DNA of 64,000 nt, from sequence record NC_129898.1. One strand, given 5' to 3'. Made by a program: the position numbers and the translations under genes. This document shows positions 18,784-28,082 of the stretch, in pieces. The stretch's first letter is position 1, and the number at the start of each line of letters is the position of its first letter. This DNA is from a phage. The notes below the pieces were generated by a model, which was not told the DNA's origin, searched no databases, and saw nothing but the letters and a program-made list of their open reading frames with translations.

Positions 18784-19919
18784 ATTGCTCCAACATTTCT
18801 AAGAACATTAACAAGTTTTGTTTGGTCATTGAATGATCGCTTCATATACAAACAGTCGAAAATTATACTCATCCACTGACCTACGGAAATCCTACGGTCG
18901 ATACCATTGAAATCAGTATACTTAACGGCACCTTTCGGAAACCATTTTTTATACTGATCAATGATTGCTAACCACATCTCCTTCGGTGTGCTGCACTGAG
19001 ACAGCAAGGAGAATGCAGATGCATCTCCAAACTTTCCTTTACCAATAAGCCCTTGGTAAGGCTTAATATTGTCAGCTGAGTCACCACATAGCATTTGATA
19101 ACCGAAGAACAACATTCCATACCCACCAACATCTCCGTTTGGTTTCATGAATATGTTACCCATACCGTTATCAATAAGCATAGGAGTTTCTCTTACAAAA
19201 TCACCTTTATCGTTCCTCATCGGATCGAATACAAGCCCAGGAAGTGTTCGCTGGTCCTTATCTATAGAGATAATAAACTTGTTGAACTTACCTGTTTTCT
19301 GGTAGTGGTTCCAACCTTCAAATTGCTGGATAGCTAACCAGTCGTCAGCTTCAATACCGTTGATCACCTGAGCGTTATACTGCTTTTGGAGATACTGTCT
19401 TGCATCTTCAAGCAACAGTGGTCGAAGAGTATTGTTACGGTTGGCTTTATATCGTTCCGGCATGGGAAGATCTAGTCTGAAATTACCTGTGCCTCCAAGC
19501 ACTCCTACGCACCGATCTTCAGGAATACCAAGATAGTTAAGGACTGCGTTAGCTTTACACTTAATTGTGTGCAAGCAGTTCTCTACAGGATCAGGGGTTT
19601 GGATATCCAAGACATCGAAATCTTCACGTGTCCACGGAATAAACTCCTTGCCAGCTTTTTTACATGCAGCTTCACGGTTGGTGTTCTCAGCCTTTAACCA
19701 ACCGCCAACTGCGTTCTTCTGCCTCCCCCAAAACTCTGTTCGTGTTTTGAACACCTTCTTACGTCCGGAGGCTTTATGTGTTACCTCAATTGTCCTTTTT
19801 TCACAACTTGCTGCAGCTTGATATGCAACCTGATCGAAGTCATAATAAACTATAGCGTCAGGTTCAAGAAGATCAGCTAGACAATCTATGGACTCAATAA
19901 GTGGATATTCTCTACTCAA
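18780..19919 (-). CDS. 5'-3' exonuclease / flap endonuclease
   Basis: 'VINGIEADDWLA' and 'CGDSADNI' metal-binding motifs of the FEN family. Confidence 0.75.
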   Translation of the reverse strand: MSREYPLIESIDCLADLLEPDAIVYYDFDQVAYQAAASCEKRTIEVTHKASGRKKVFKTRTEFWGRQKNAVGGWLKAENTNREAACKKAGKEFIPWTREDFDVLDIQTPDPVENCLHTIKCKANAVLNYLGIPEDRCVGVLGGTGNFRLDLPMPERYKANRNNTLRPLLLEDARQYLQKQYNAQVINGIEADDWLAIQQFEGWNHYQKTGKFNKFIISIDKDQRTLPGLVFDPMRNDKGDFVRETPMLIDNGMGNIFMKPNGDVGGYGMLFFGYQMLCGDSADNIKPYQGLIGKGKFGDASAFSLLSQCSTPKEMWLAIIDQYKKWFPKGAVKYTDFNGIDRRISVGQWMSIIFDCLYMKRSFNDQTKLVNVLRNVGAI

Positions 19920-20220
19920 AGACCCTCCTGTTAGTTACTCTGCAAGATGGTTGGATGCTGTAATGGAATGCATCATCACTCTCTGCAATAAGCGACTCAA
20001 CATCCCAATATTTTTCAAAAAGGAACGGATTAGACCCCCAGTGGTGGGTTATTTTCATCAAGGAGTCTGGTATCAGATAACCAGAGATCTTAACTACATC
20101 ACCAGGTTGAATTGTGTTTTCATGAAGGTTGCTTGCCTTCTTCAGGATCATACCTTTATGATTCTCGTTTGCATACAACTGGACAATATCTTTATCTTCA
20201 ACAATAAAAATTTTAAGCAT
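19912..20220 (-). CDS. hypothetical protein
   Basis: 102-aa ORF. Confidence 0.4.
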   Translation of the reverse strand: MLKIFIVEDKDIVQLYANENHKGMILKKASNLHENTIQPGDVVKISGYLIPDSLMKITHHWGSNPFLFEKYWDVESLIAESDDAFHYSIQPSCRVTNRRVFE

Positions 20221-20279
20221 ACCTAGTTCTCCTAGTTTATAAATATCTGACTGATACTATCAGATTAATGACACTTTTG

Positions 20280-20573
20280 TCAAGACTTTTTAGTCTTCCT
20301 TGGAGAGCTTTTTGTTGATCTTTTCCGTTTGTGGTAGATTCCAAGTGCAGCGTTTTCTTGTGCGCACGTTTTAACAGTTCTCAGACAAGAACTTTCAGCT
20401 TTAGGCAGGTTTAACTCCCACCAACCAAGCCAGTAAAGTTCTGATTCAGACAACTGCTCAGATTCAGCCTTCCGATACAATGATTGCATACCTCTAATAA
20501 TGTCGTCCAGAGGCGTATCGAATACAAAAGCTGTCTTATCAAATTTCTCTTTTACAGGTTTCTTAGCCATCAA
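20280..20573 (-). CDS. hypothetical protein with basic C-terminus
   Basis: 97-aa ORF. Confidence 0.4.
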   Translation of the reverse strand: MMAKKPVKEKFDKTAFVFDTPLDDIIRGMQSLYRKAESEQLSESELYWLGWWELNLPKAESSCLRTVKTCAQENAALGIYHKRKRSTKSSPRKTKKS

Positions 20574-21027
20574 GGTAACCCTCTATCCACGAAAAGTCAG
20601 TCTTCCATTCCGGAACTTTACTAAGCTCACGCCACTCTGCAAAGCAGTCTCGGTAATAGGCCTCTGCCATACCTTTAGTGATCTTATTCACCTTAGCCAA
20701 CTGATTAACTGCCTGAGCATACTTCCCACGGATATTTGCTAACCCAGGGTGCACCGATGTGTGACAATCCGGGCACAGAGCTATCAGTCCGACAAGCCGG
20801 ATCACCCCCTCTTCGAAGGTGTAAAGTTCATGACACTCCACAGGGTGTTTGCTACCTTTGCCGCCACACACCTCGCAAGTGTAGTTGGCCTCTCTGTAGC
20901 ACTTCTTACGGATCTTATCCCACTCACTCTTCTTCACAGCGTTTCGGAGGTTATTATACCAAGCTGTTTCTGGGATCAGTTGTACAATAAGCCTGCGTTC
21001 AGACTTCATTAAACGTCCGTCTTCCAC
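20563..21027 (-). CDS. HNH-family nuclease
   Basis: 'CEVCGG...HPVECHE...CPDCHTSVH' arrangement. Confidence 0.5.
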   Translation of the reverse strand: MEDGRLMKSERRLIVQLIPETAWYNNLRNAVKKSEWDKIRKKCYREANYTCEVCGGKGSKHPVECHELYTFEEGVIRLVGLIALCPDCHTSVHPGLANIRGKYAQAVNQLAKVNKITKGMAEAYYRDCFAEWRELSKVPEWKTDFSWIEGYLDG

Positions 21028-21036
21028 GTATCCTCC

Positions 21037-21243
21037 TCATTCAAAGAAATGGGTGCGAGGGCAGGAACCTGCCTCACCTTGCTTCACAAGCTCATATAGC
21101 TCACCTTGGCTTGTCTCATAAAGGCAAATACGTTTACCATTGTCCCGATATACATCTACAAGGTACGCTGTCTCACCTGCAAACACGACACCACAGGCAA
21201 GGCATGCAGCCATGAACAAAATTGCCAACAGAAAATCTTTCAT
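21037..21243 (-). CDS. small membrane-anchored or secreted protein
   Basis: N-terminal hydrophobic segment FLLAILFMAACLACGVVFA; lies directly downstream of the endolysin gene. Confidence 0.4.
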   Translation of the reverse strand: MKDFLLAILFMAACLACGVVFAGETAYLVDVYRDNGKRICLYETSQGELYELVKQGEAGSCPRTHFFE

Positions 21244-21306
21244 AGTTAAATCCTCCTTAACATTCTATGAGGTAACAATACCACGTCCGTGTGGTCATGT
21301 CAATGA

Positions 21307-21777
21307 TTAATCTAGGACAACACCGCCTGACTTTTTAAACACCTCGATCAACTTTTCGATCTTCTGTTCGTGCTGACCGTACCCTGCACCTGGAAGGCTT
21401 GCCCATCGAGATCTGCAAAGATGGATGGCCTGGTGAATACGACCTTCATCAATATCATCGAGCGCCTTACACTCACGGATCAGTTGCAACGCAATCTTGT
21501 CCTGACTGGCAGGGCCAAAATCTGGTAATCCTAACTGTTTCATATAGTGTTTAGCAAACTTCTCCAGAATCTGGTAACGCCCAGCAGCAGAGGAGGTAAG
21601 TTTAGCATTTAGCTTAACGTAAACACCTGGATGCTTACTGTAATCGCTAAACAGCTTGCCCCCGACTATGACATCGTAGCCCCGATCCTTGGTAGGTTGT
21701 CTACCATTATCTGTACCTTCTGAATATGCGATCATATCCAAGAAAGCTTTTCGTTGAACATTTTTATCAAGTTTCAT
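21307..21777 (-). CDS. endolysin, lambda R-type lytic transglycosylase
   Basis: Near-collinear match to lambda R (QRKAFLDM..SEGTDNGRQ..GYDVIVGG..AGRYQ..WASLPGAGYGQ) as recalled from memory. Confidence 0.9.
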   Translation of the reverse strand: MKLDKNVQRKAFLDMIAYSEGTDNGRQPTKDRGYDVIVGGKLFSDYSKHPGVYVKLNAKLTSSAAGRYQILEKFAKHYMKQLGLPDFGPASQDKIALQLIRECKALDDIDEGRIHQAIHLCRSRWASLPGAGYGQHEQKIEKLIEVFKKSGGVVLD

Positions 21778-21918
21778 TTTTCATACTCTCCAGTTCACTC
21801 ATAACGAGCCCTGATCAGCACGTGGCTAGGTTGCACAGTGCATACATCAGGGCATATGTAGGTGCCAATTGAAAACACTCATTCAATTGGCTACCGTTAT
21901 CTACTAAACATACCTACA

Positions 21919-23202
21919 CTATTCCAGAACATCCCAAGTGTCTGGATTAACATTTCGGACGCAGATACCGACAGGGAATTGGTAGTTGTTGTCTTCTGTC
22001 CTTGCTTGATATTTAAAGGTGACAAACTTGCCGATCATTTCCTGCATCCTGCTATAGCTACGCTCCTCGTGCGTGCCTTTCATCTTCATTTTAACAACGA
22101 TGCCTTCCTTGTCAACGCAGATAAGAACACCCTCATCATTCTTATCTTTCTCAACGTCAATAACTTTCACCTCTGCGTCGTTGAACTTTTTCCATTTCAA
22201 TGCTTCAGATGTTCGCTGACCGTATTCGTATTTACCACAGAAGTTACGCATGATAGTACCTTCATACCCTTCGGACATGAATACACCAACAGATTCTTCG
22301 CAATGATCAACTGTGTACGCAATCTCTGCGTCAACAACCTTGATATGGTCAAGCATCAGAGTGGTAATGGTATCTTCTGCATCCATAAGATCCTTGCAGC
22401 GTCCAGACTCTGTTTCTGGATCCCACCACACCTTGTCACTAGGGATATCAAAAATGTGATACTCTAAGTCATAGCTACAGTACCCTCCGTAACGCAAATC
22501 ATCACGAACAGGCTCAACATCAACAGGAATATCTACCTTATTGAAGTTTTTGTATGTTGATAAGCCTGCCTTAATTGCGGCATGACGGCGTTTTTTATCT
22601 GCCTCGTAGTCTTTATCGATCTCGGCCTGAATCTCTTCCTGTGTGCGCCACCGTTTAGCAAGAGACACTATTTTCTGCAGAGGCAGACCATGAATATAGA
22701 TCTCTCCGTCGAGCTGTTTAATCCCGGTGGTGAAGTGGAAAGAACGAAGTTGCTCCAGAAGCTTTCCTTGAATAGGGTAGGACTTATTACCACGGGAAAT
22801 AAATTTAGGCTCCCCATTTTGGAAAACAACAAGTAGACGAAGGCCATCTAACTTACGCAAGATCCAGCAAGGTAATTTAAGTGCCTTTCCACGCTTCAGG
22901 TAGTCATGCACCAGCATGGGTAAAAGGTCAACGCCCTGCTCGCAATCTTCCATATTTTCAACATACCCCAGACGGACTTGTTTTTCCCACTTACTGATCG
23001 CTTCCAGCTCAGCCTGTTGCTCAGCTGTAGTTTCATTGGCACGACCAACGTTCTTAGGTGTGCAGATCGTCTCTTTGTATTGCAGTTTACCGTCAAGCTT
23101 GCCAAACTCTACGATAACCTTATCACCATCCGTGAATACTTTCCACTGTTGGTAGCTGCCATCTTTGTTCAGTGCGTACAGTGTTGTTTTGATCTGATGC
23201 AT
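21919..23202 (-). CDS. DNA ligase
   Basis: Adenylation motif I 'RKLDGLRL' and downstream 'SEGYEGTIMR'. Confidence 0.75.
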   Translation of the reverse strand: MHQIKTTLYALNKDGSYQQWKVFTDGDKVIVEFGKLDGKLQYKETICTPKNVGRANETTAEQQAELEAISKWEKQVRLGYVENMEDCEQGVDLLPMLVHDYLKRGKALKLPCWILRKLDGLRLLVVFQNGEPKFISRGNKSYPIQGKLLEQLRSFHFTTGIKQLDGEIYIHGLPLQKIVSLAKRWRTQEEIQAEIDKDYEADKKRRHAAIKAGLSTYKNFNKVDIPVDVEPVRDDLRYGGYCSYDLEYHIFDIPSDKVWWDPETESGRCKDLMDAEDTITTLMLDHIKVVDAEIAYTVDHCEESVGVFMSEGYEGTIMRNFCGKYEYGQRTSEALKWKKFNDAEVKVIDVEKDKNDEGVLICVDKEGIVVKMKMKGTHEERSYSRMQEMIGKFVTFKYQARTEDNNYQFPVGICVRNVNPDTWDVLE

Positions 23203-23471
23203 TACTCAGCCTCTTCCTTAAAAATTTTAAACATCTCTTCTTTGCTCATTACCAACCAGTCTCCCATAAAGTCAACTAACCAATCCCCTTGGTACAAGAC
23301 AAGGTTACCAAACGGCTCGACAAGCTCGCACATGCGAAGAATATCTCTGGTTCGAACAGGTGACGATGTAAACACACCTGTATCAATCCACCGTTGCAGA
23401 TCAGATACTGATGAAGAGCTTCCGTCAAACTGGTGTGCCTCTACAGGTTTAGCAAGATTAAATAACGGCAT
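23202..23471 (-). CDS. hypothetical protein
   Basis: 89-aa ORF. Confidence 0.4.
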   Translation of the reverse strand: MPLFNLAKPVEAHQFDGSSSSVSDLQRWIDTGVFTSSPVRTRDILRMCELVEPFGNLVLYQGDWLVDFMGDWLVMSKEEMFKIFKEEAE

Positions 23472-23766
23472 TGCAGTCCTCCTTCTCTAATAGGTCTTTT
23501 ATCGGGTAAACAAGCAGGTGCGGATCGTAATAACTTATAGTCTTATTCTGCCACACTATGAACTTAATTACAACTAAATTTACCACATCTTTATCCCCAT
23601 GTAGTCCAACACACAAATTTGTCCATATTTTGTGGTTGAATACTTTGCTGTCGATGTAGATCTTAGTGTCAAACTTATCCTCTATCCTACCTATAAGTTT
23701 AACCAATTCTTTCATCTGATCACCAAACACAGCATCGTTTTCAAGATCTCTGGAGTGCTTGTACAT
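23458..23766 (-). CDS. hypothetical protein
   Basis: 102-aa ORF. Confidence 0.4.
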   Translation of the reverse strand: MYKHSRDLENDAVFGDQMKELVKLIGRIEDKFDTKIYIDSKVFNHKIWTNLCVGLHGDKDVVNLVVIKFIVWQNKTISYYDPHLLVYPIKDLLEKEDCNAVI

Positions 23767-23830
23767 AACTTTCTACCTCACTTGCATACTTTCCGAAACA
23801 AGTAAAGCCGGGATCGCCCCGGCTATGTTA

Positions 23831-24544
23831 TTAAATATATTCTGTTACATCCTTGAAGCTCGAAGGCTTCATAATCTTACCTTTACTGTCGAGGAATATG
23901 ATAACTTTATTTCCGTTGTAGAATTCTTCTTTAGCAACAAAACCTTCATAGCGACCATCAAAGCGTCGCTCAAGATCTTTAATCTCCAACTCGATGAGTT
24001 GTTCAGCAGGCATATCTGCACTGGCACCGTGTGAATACCGCAGATGGTTGACGCGTGCAAACTTGCTGTCATTAGATTTTAGAACCTTCCGCATCATCCC
24101 GCACACATCACCGCGAAGCTGGAACAGCAAAGCTGTTGACAACTCTGCTAAGCGGTAAGCAGACGCTCTTTGCTTAGAGGTATTTTTCGCAGCGATCAGT
24201 GTATCATAAAATTCACCGATCTTAAACTTAAGACCTCGCGGATTATCAAACAGGTTTGACCACTTTTCATGGTTATCGTTAACAAGATAAGCGGCATAAC
24301 TTGTGACAACGTGAAGATCGCAGGCCTCTTTTAGGAGATGATCCCCACCATCACCTTTCTCCAACTCTTCCAAAACTTCATTGAACTCTTCCTCAATGAA
24401 ACTCAGCTGAAGTTCGAATGGTGTGTATGATTTTTTCACTTTAGCTGCTACACGGTTCCAATTTTCCACCCAGTTGGCAGACCAAAGGTAGTTTTCAGGC
24501 TGAGACAGTTTTTCCAGGTTGTCGATCAGTTTAGTATTCAGCAT
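23831..24544 (-). CDS. putative MazG-like nucleotide pyrophosphohydrolase
   Basis: Acidic 'EEEFNEVLEELEKGD...LKEACDLH' pattern resembles the MazG EExxE..D motif; weak. Confidence 0.35.
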   Translation of the reverse strand: MLNTKLIDNLEKLSQPENYLWSANWVENWNRVAAKVKKSYTPFELQLSFIEEEFNEVLEELEKGDGGDHLLKEACDLHVVTSYAAYLVNDNHEKWSNLFDNPRGLKFKIGEFYDTLIAAKNTSKQRASAYRLAELSTALLFQLRGDVCGMMRKVLKSNDSKFARVNHLRYSHGASADMPAEQLIELEIKDLERRFDGRYEGFVAKEEFYNGNKVIIFLDSKGKIMKPSSFKDVTEYI

Positions 24545-24558
24545 TAAAAGGCCTCCGC

Positions 24559-25320
24559 TTACAGTTCCATAAAGTTTTCTACGATGTCAATGAATGTTTT
24601 ATCAGAGAAAGCGTCAACCGCCCCGTTAAACCAAACTGGGATGCCGCGATCCTCATACTGGTAAATGTCACTACGTGAAATGCCATTCTCCCCTAAATGC
24701 TGTGAGTCGTATTTGTTAACGATCAGTAGTTTAGTCCCCTTATTACAGGCAGGGAATAGCTCCCAGTTAAAATTGATAACTGTGTTGGAGCACCCTACAA
24801 GGATAACCATATCATTGCTCGTCAGAGAAGTCAACAGGTCATACATGTCTACATACTTTGGAGCTACTTCTCCGAAGAACACTACATTAGGCTTGACCCA
24901 AGTATACTCGCTTGCATCTACCTCAGAGTATCCAATGTCTTTAATGACGTCATTCCCTTCATCATCCTCGTAGACTATTTCTGGCAAATATCCGTGGACA
25001 TGTAAAATATCTTCATGTTTTACACCAGCACGCTCCAGCAAATCATCTACATTGGTGGTCAGGTTGATCACACGACCAGACCAGCGGGAATACCATTCAG
25101 CTATCCGGAGATGTGCAAGGTTAGGATCAACACTGCCCAGAGCTACACGCCGTGCATTATAAAAGTCATGCACCTTATAGTAGTTCTTGGCAAAGGTGTG
25201 GATGTTACACACCTCATCGATGCTGAAATTCTCCCACATTGCAGTGCCACCAGATCGGAAAGTTGGGATACCAGATTCAGCGCTCAAACCAGCACCGGAG
25301 ATAATGATCAGTCGTCGCAT
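24559..25320 (-). CDS. Sir2-family (sirtuin-like) NAD-dependent enzyme
   Basis: 'ISGAGLSAESGIPTFR', 'TTNVDDL', catalytic 'HVHGY', 'VFFGE' and 'LVGCSN' sirtuin motifs; no zinc-ribbon cysteines. Confidence 0.8.
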   Translation of the reverse strand: MRRLIIISGAGLSAESGIPTFRSGGTAMWENFSIDEVCNIHTFAKNYYKVHDFYNARRVALGSVDPNLAHLRIAEWYSRWSGRVINLTTNVDDLLERAGVKHEDILHVHGYLPEIVYEDDEGNDVIKDIGYSEVDASEYTWVKPNVVFFGEVAPKYVDMYDLLTSLTSNDMVILVGCSNTVINFNWELFPACNKGTKLLIVNKYDSQHLGENGISRSDIYQYEDRGIPVWFNGAVDAFSDKTFIDIVENFMEL

Positions 25321-25328
25321 AAGTGTCC

Positions 25329-25679
25329 TCAGTAGATGTTTTGTTTAATTTCTATTCCAAACTTTTTAAACGAGTCAGCAGCAAGCATGAATTTACGAGC
25401 CGCTGATGGGTTAGAAGTATGCACGAAAATCTTCACGTTGTCAACTACAGGAGGCTTACCAAATACAAATTTTTCCTCCAGTATGCAGAAGCAATCGTAT
25501 CCTTCAAAAATTTCTCCCAAGTCGCTGTCAAAATGCCACTCAGAAACGCGTCTATATAGCTTTCCCTTGTCATTAATGAAATCCATGAACTCAGAAGAAC
25601 TCTTTAGCCAAAGAGCGTCTGGGAGCCCATAATTTGACGGATCTCTCAAATCATCTAGCCACACAATCAGCTTCTTCAT
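25329..25679 (-). CDS. hypothetical protein
   Basis: 116-aa ORF; its ATG overlaps the RNA ligase stop (ATGA). Confidence 0.45.
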   Translation of the reverse strand: MKKLIVWLDDLRDPSNYGLPDALWLKSSSEFMDFINDKGKLYRRVSEWHFDSDLGEIFEGYDCFCILEEKFVFGKPPVVDNVKIFVHTSNPSAARKFMLAADSFKKFGIEIKQNIY

Positions 25680-26611
25680 TGCATATAGTCCTCGTTGTGG
25701 AAATAGCAGTCAAGTATCTCACGGCGTTCCTGCTCCAGGAGGCAATTCCACACATCTTCTGTGTAGTTTCTACGAATGAAGTTTACCATGCCGTAAAACT
25801 CTTCGTCAACACGTTTAAAGATATCATCATCCCAAATCTTCCAAGCTCTACCCCTCATTACGACCTTCCGTGCCAGATAGTAGGGAGACTTGATCTTTAG
25901 TTGCAGGTCATAAGGGTAGTAAGGCTTACGGATCATATACCCTTCGCCCCTTGTTTCTGCAGCCAACTCTTTTGCATAGCTGAACGGAATTTCACGCACA
26001 GTGTGAGGACGTTTTGCACCAAGGTATTTGGCAATACCGTCTAAAGCTGCTTCTGGTAGCATTATTCCAGAATCATTGTATCGGCAACCGATCAAATAGG
26101 CACCATGATCTTCCTGAACAATATGCGGGTCTGAAGGGTGACAAATTTCAAACATGAATGTCATGTTTTCATGGCCCATAACCTTCTTGATAAGATCTAA
26201 ATTACCACATTGCTCCTGGATTGTTTCCTTTGCGAGGTTACAATATGGAGAATCAAGAGACCCTGTTGTTGAGAACAACAGTTCACCTTTGTGAGATGAT
26301 ACCACACCAAGGAATCCGTTCTTTTTCTCTACCGCCGTCACAAGTTTATTGTCAGGCAGGTTGGTGGAATTTTCTCCCAAGTTAAACACTTTTGTGAAGG
26401 GCCATGCCACAACATTTCCTTCATTACCGACAACAATTCCTCGGCACTCTAGTAAACGCGGAGACAAATGCCATAGATTGTTGTAAAATACTTTTCTGGC
26501 ATATTTATAGATCTTTAACCCAAGATCTGGATAATACCGACTGGTTACAAGACCTTTATTCACTAAATCATCTGCATTAAAATACTTCATCATACATTCC
26601 TCGTTTGTCAT
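25676..26611 (-). CDS. RNA ligase (Rnl1-like)
   Basis: N-terminal 'LLECRGIVV' matches the T4 RnlA 'ALECRGIMF' region; 'EKKNGFLG' nucleotidyltransferase motif I variant. Confidence 0.6.
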   Translation of the reverse strand: MTNEECMMKYFNADDLVNKGLVTSRYYPDLGLKIYKYARKVFYNNLWHLSPRLLECRGIVVGNEGNVVAWPFTKVFNLGENSTNLPDNKLVTAVEKKNGFLGVVSSHKGELLFSTTGSLDSPYCNLAKETIQEQCGNLDLIKKVMGHENMTFMFEICHPSDPHIVQEDHGAYLIGCRYNDSGIMLPEAALDGIAKYLGAKRPHTVREIPFSYAKELAAETRGEGYMIRKPYYPYDLQLKIKSPYYLARKVVMRGRAWKIWDDDIFKRVDEEFYGMVNFIRRNYTEDVWNCLLEQERREILDCYFHNEDYMQ

Positions 26612-26654
26612 TTTGTCACTCTATCTTGCCACACAAATAAACTAGTGTCAACAC

Positions 26655-26683
26655 TTGAAATGAACAAAAGAGTTATGTATACT
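26655..26683 (+). promoter_or_regulatory. sigma70-like promoter (TTGAAA-17-TATACT)
   Basis: Hexamers with 17-nt spacer about 30 nt before the kinase gene. Confidence 0.4.
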
Positions 26684-26711
26684 ACCATTAAAATTAAAAC
26701 GGAGGATTACT

Positions 26712-27122
26712 ATGTCTAAAATGCTATATATCGTGCGTGGTCTACCAGGTTCTGGCAAATCAACACTGGCAAATGCACTATCTTTAGAGGGGCTGTACCC
26801 ACATTTTGAGAACGACATGTTCTGGTACGACGACGATGGAAATTACAACTGGGATGCAAGTAAAGTAACACTTGCAGCAAAATGGTGCAAAGATAACGTA
26901 GAAGATATGATGCGTATGGGATACGACCGTGTCGTGGTAAGTAATACGTTTACAAAAGAAAAACATGTGCAAGAATATGTTGACATGGCAATCAGTCATG
27001 GGTATAGTTATACTGTGATCGTGGTTGAAAACCGCCACGGTAATAAGAGCATTCATGATGTTCCAGATAGGGTTGTGGACCGTATGGAGCGTGAGCTTAA
27101 AAACTGCATTAAACTAAAATGA
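26712..27122 (+). CDS. polynucleotide 5'-kinase (P-loop)
   Basis: 'YIVRGLPGSGKSTLA' Walker A and 'VVVSNTF' resembling the T4 Pnk kinase domain. Confidence 0.6.
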   Translation: MSKMLYIVRGLPGSGKSTLANALSLEGLYPHFENDMFWYDDDGNYNWDASKVTLAAKWCKDNVEDMMRMGYDRVVVSNTFTKEKHVQEYVDMAISHGYSYTVIVVENRHGNKSIHDVPDRVVDRMERELKNCIKLK

Positions 27123-27129
27123 GGGATGT

Positions 27130-27684
27130 ATGAAATATTTTGTAACAAGCGATACACACTTTCTCCACCAGCGAGTCATGGAGTTTGATTCATGTCAAAA
27201 ACACAGATCTCAGTATGATCACAATCTTGACAGTATGAACGAAGGAATCATTGCAGAGTGGAACTCTGTTGTATCACCAGAAGACACTGTGTTTCACTTG
27301 GGCGATATTGCATGCACTAAGGATAAGAATATCAACAACTTATTTCCAGATATTCTAAATATGTTGAACGGACATATTATTCTTGTTCGTGGTAACCATG
27401 ACACAAGGACGACTGTCAGAATTATGAAAGAGTTCGGTAATGAGGTTGTAGATTATTACGAGCTTCGCCACAACAAGAATTTGATCTGTATGAGCCATTA
27501 CCAGTTTGCAAAGTGGAACAGAAAGCCTCACGGATCAGTCCAACTGTTCGGTCATGCTCACGGAACCACACAGCAGTTGTTTGGCAGGCAGTTTGATGTC
27601 GGTTGGGATGTGTGGGGGAGACTCTTACCATTAGAAGAGGCATACCGTATTGCAATGAGTCTTGCTATTGACAGCGGGGAGTAA
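27130..27684 (+). CDS. calcineurin-like metallophosphoesterase
   Basis: 'VTSDTHF', 'HLGDIA' and 'VRGNHD' metal-binding motifs. Confidence 0.8.
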   Translation: MKYFVTSDTHFLHQRVMEFDSCQKHRSQYDHNLDSMNEGIIAEWNSVVSPEDTVFHLGDIACTKDKNINNLFPDILNMLNGHIILVRGNHDTRTTVRIMKEFGNEVVDYYELRHNKNLICMSHYQFAKWNRKPHGSVQLFGHAHGTTQQLFGRQFDVGWDVWGRLLPLEEAYRIAMSLAIDSGE

Positions 27685-27731
27685 TCCCTGCTATTTTAAA
27701 GAAAATTGCCACACAAGGAGAATCAGGAGAT

Positions 27732-28082
27732 ATGAAAGAGGAGGATAAGCTGCCATACCTTAAAGTCCCATTTGGAATACTGTCTATGTCAAAAGTTTTG
27801 AATGATACAACTGGAGAGGTTGTTGTTCTTGACTTGTATGACAAGATCGTATACTGCTACCTGCACAACTGGTATAAGCTTGGAGGAAATTCACGCTTCA
27901 CACCCAGCACAAGGAAAATTGCAGCAGATGTTGGGATAAAGAAAACAAAAGCAGCAGCGTGCGTTAAAACTTTAGAATGTGCAGGAGTGGTTGAAATATC
28001 CACACAAGGGAGAGGTAAAAGATGCACATTTTCCAAAGTTTTGCCACCAGAAGAGGTTATTCGAATGTCAACAACTGGTTAG
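27732..28082 (+). CDS. putative winged-helix DNA-binding protein
   Basis: 'STRKIAADVGIKKTKAAACVKTLECAGVVEI' has an HTH-like pattern; immediately upstream of the iteron array. Confidence 0.45.
   Translation: MKEEDKLPYLKVPFGILSMSKVLNDTTGEVVVLDLYDKIVYCYLHNWYKLGGNSRFTPSTRKIAADVGIKKTKAAACVKTLECAGVVEISTQGRGKRCTFSKVLPPEEVIRMSTTG

Noticed and set aside
21862-23490. Long plus-strand ORFs (21862-22467, 22978-23490) antisense to the DNA ligase region
   Set aside because: They overlap a well-supported minus-strand ligase gene, have no RBS and a Cys/Ser/Leu-rich composition typical of antisense frames.
26612-26711. Minus-strand promoter for the RNA ligase operon in the divergent region
   Set aside because: A TTGACA is present on the reverse strand (26651-26646) but no acceptable -10 hexamer lies at 16-19 nt spacing.
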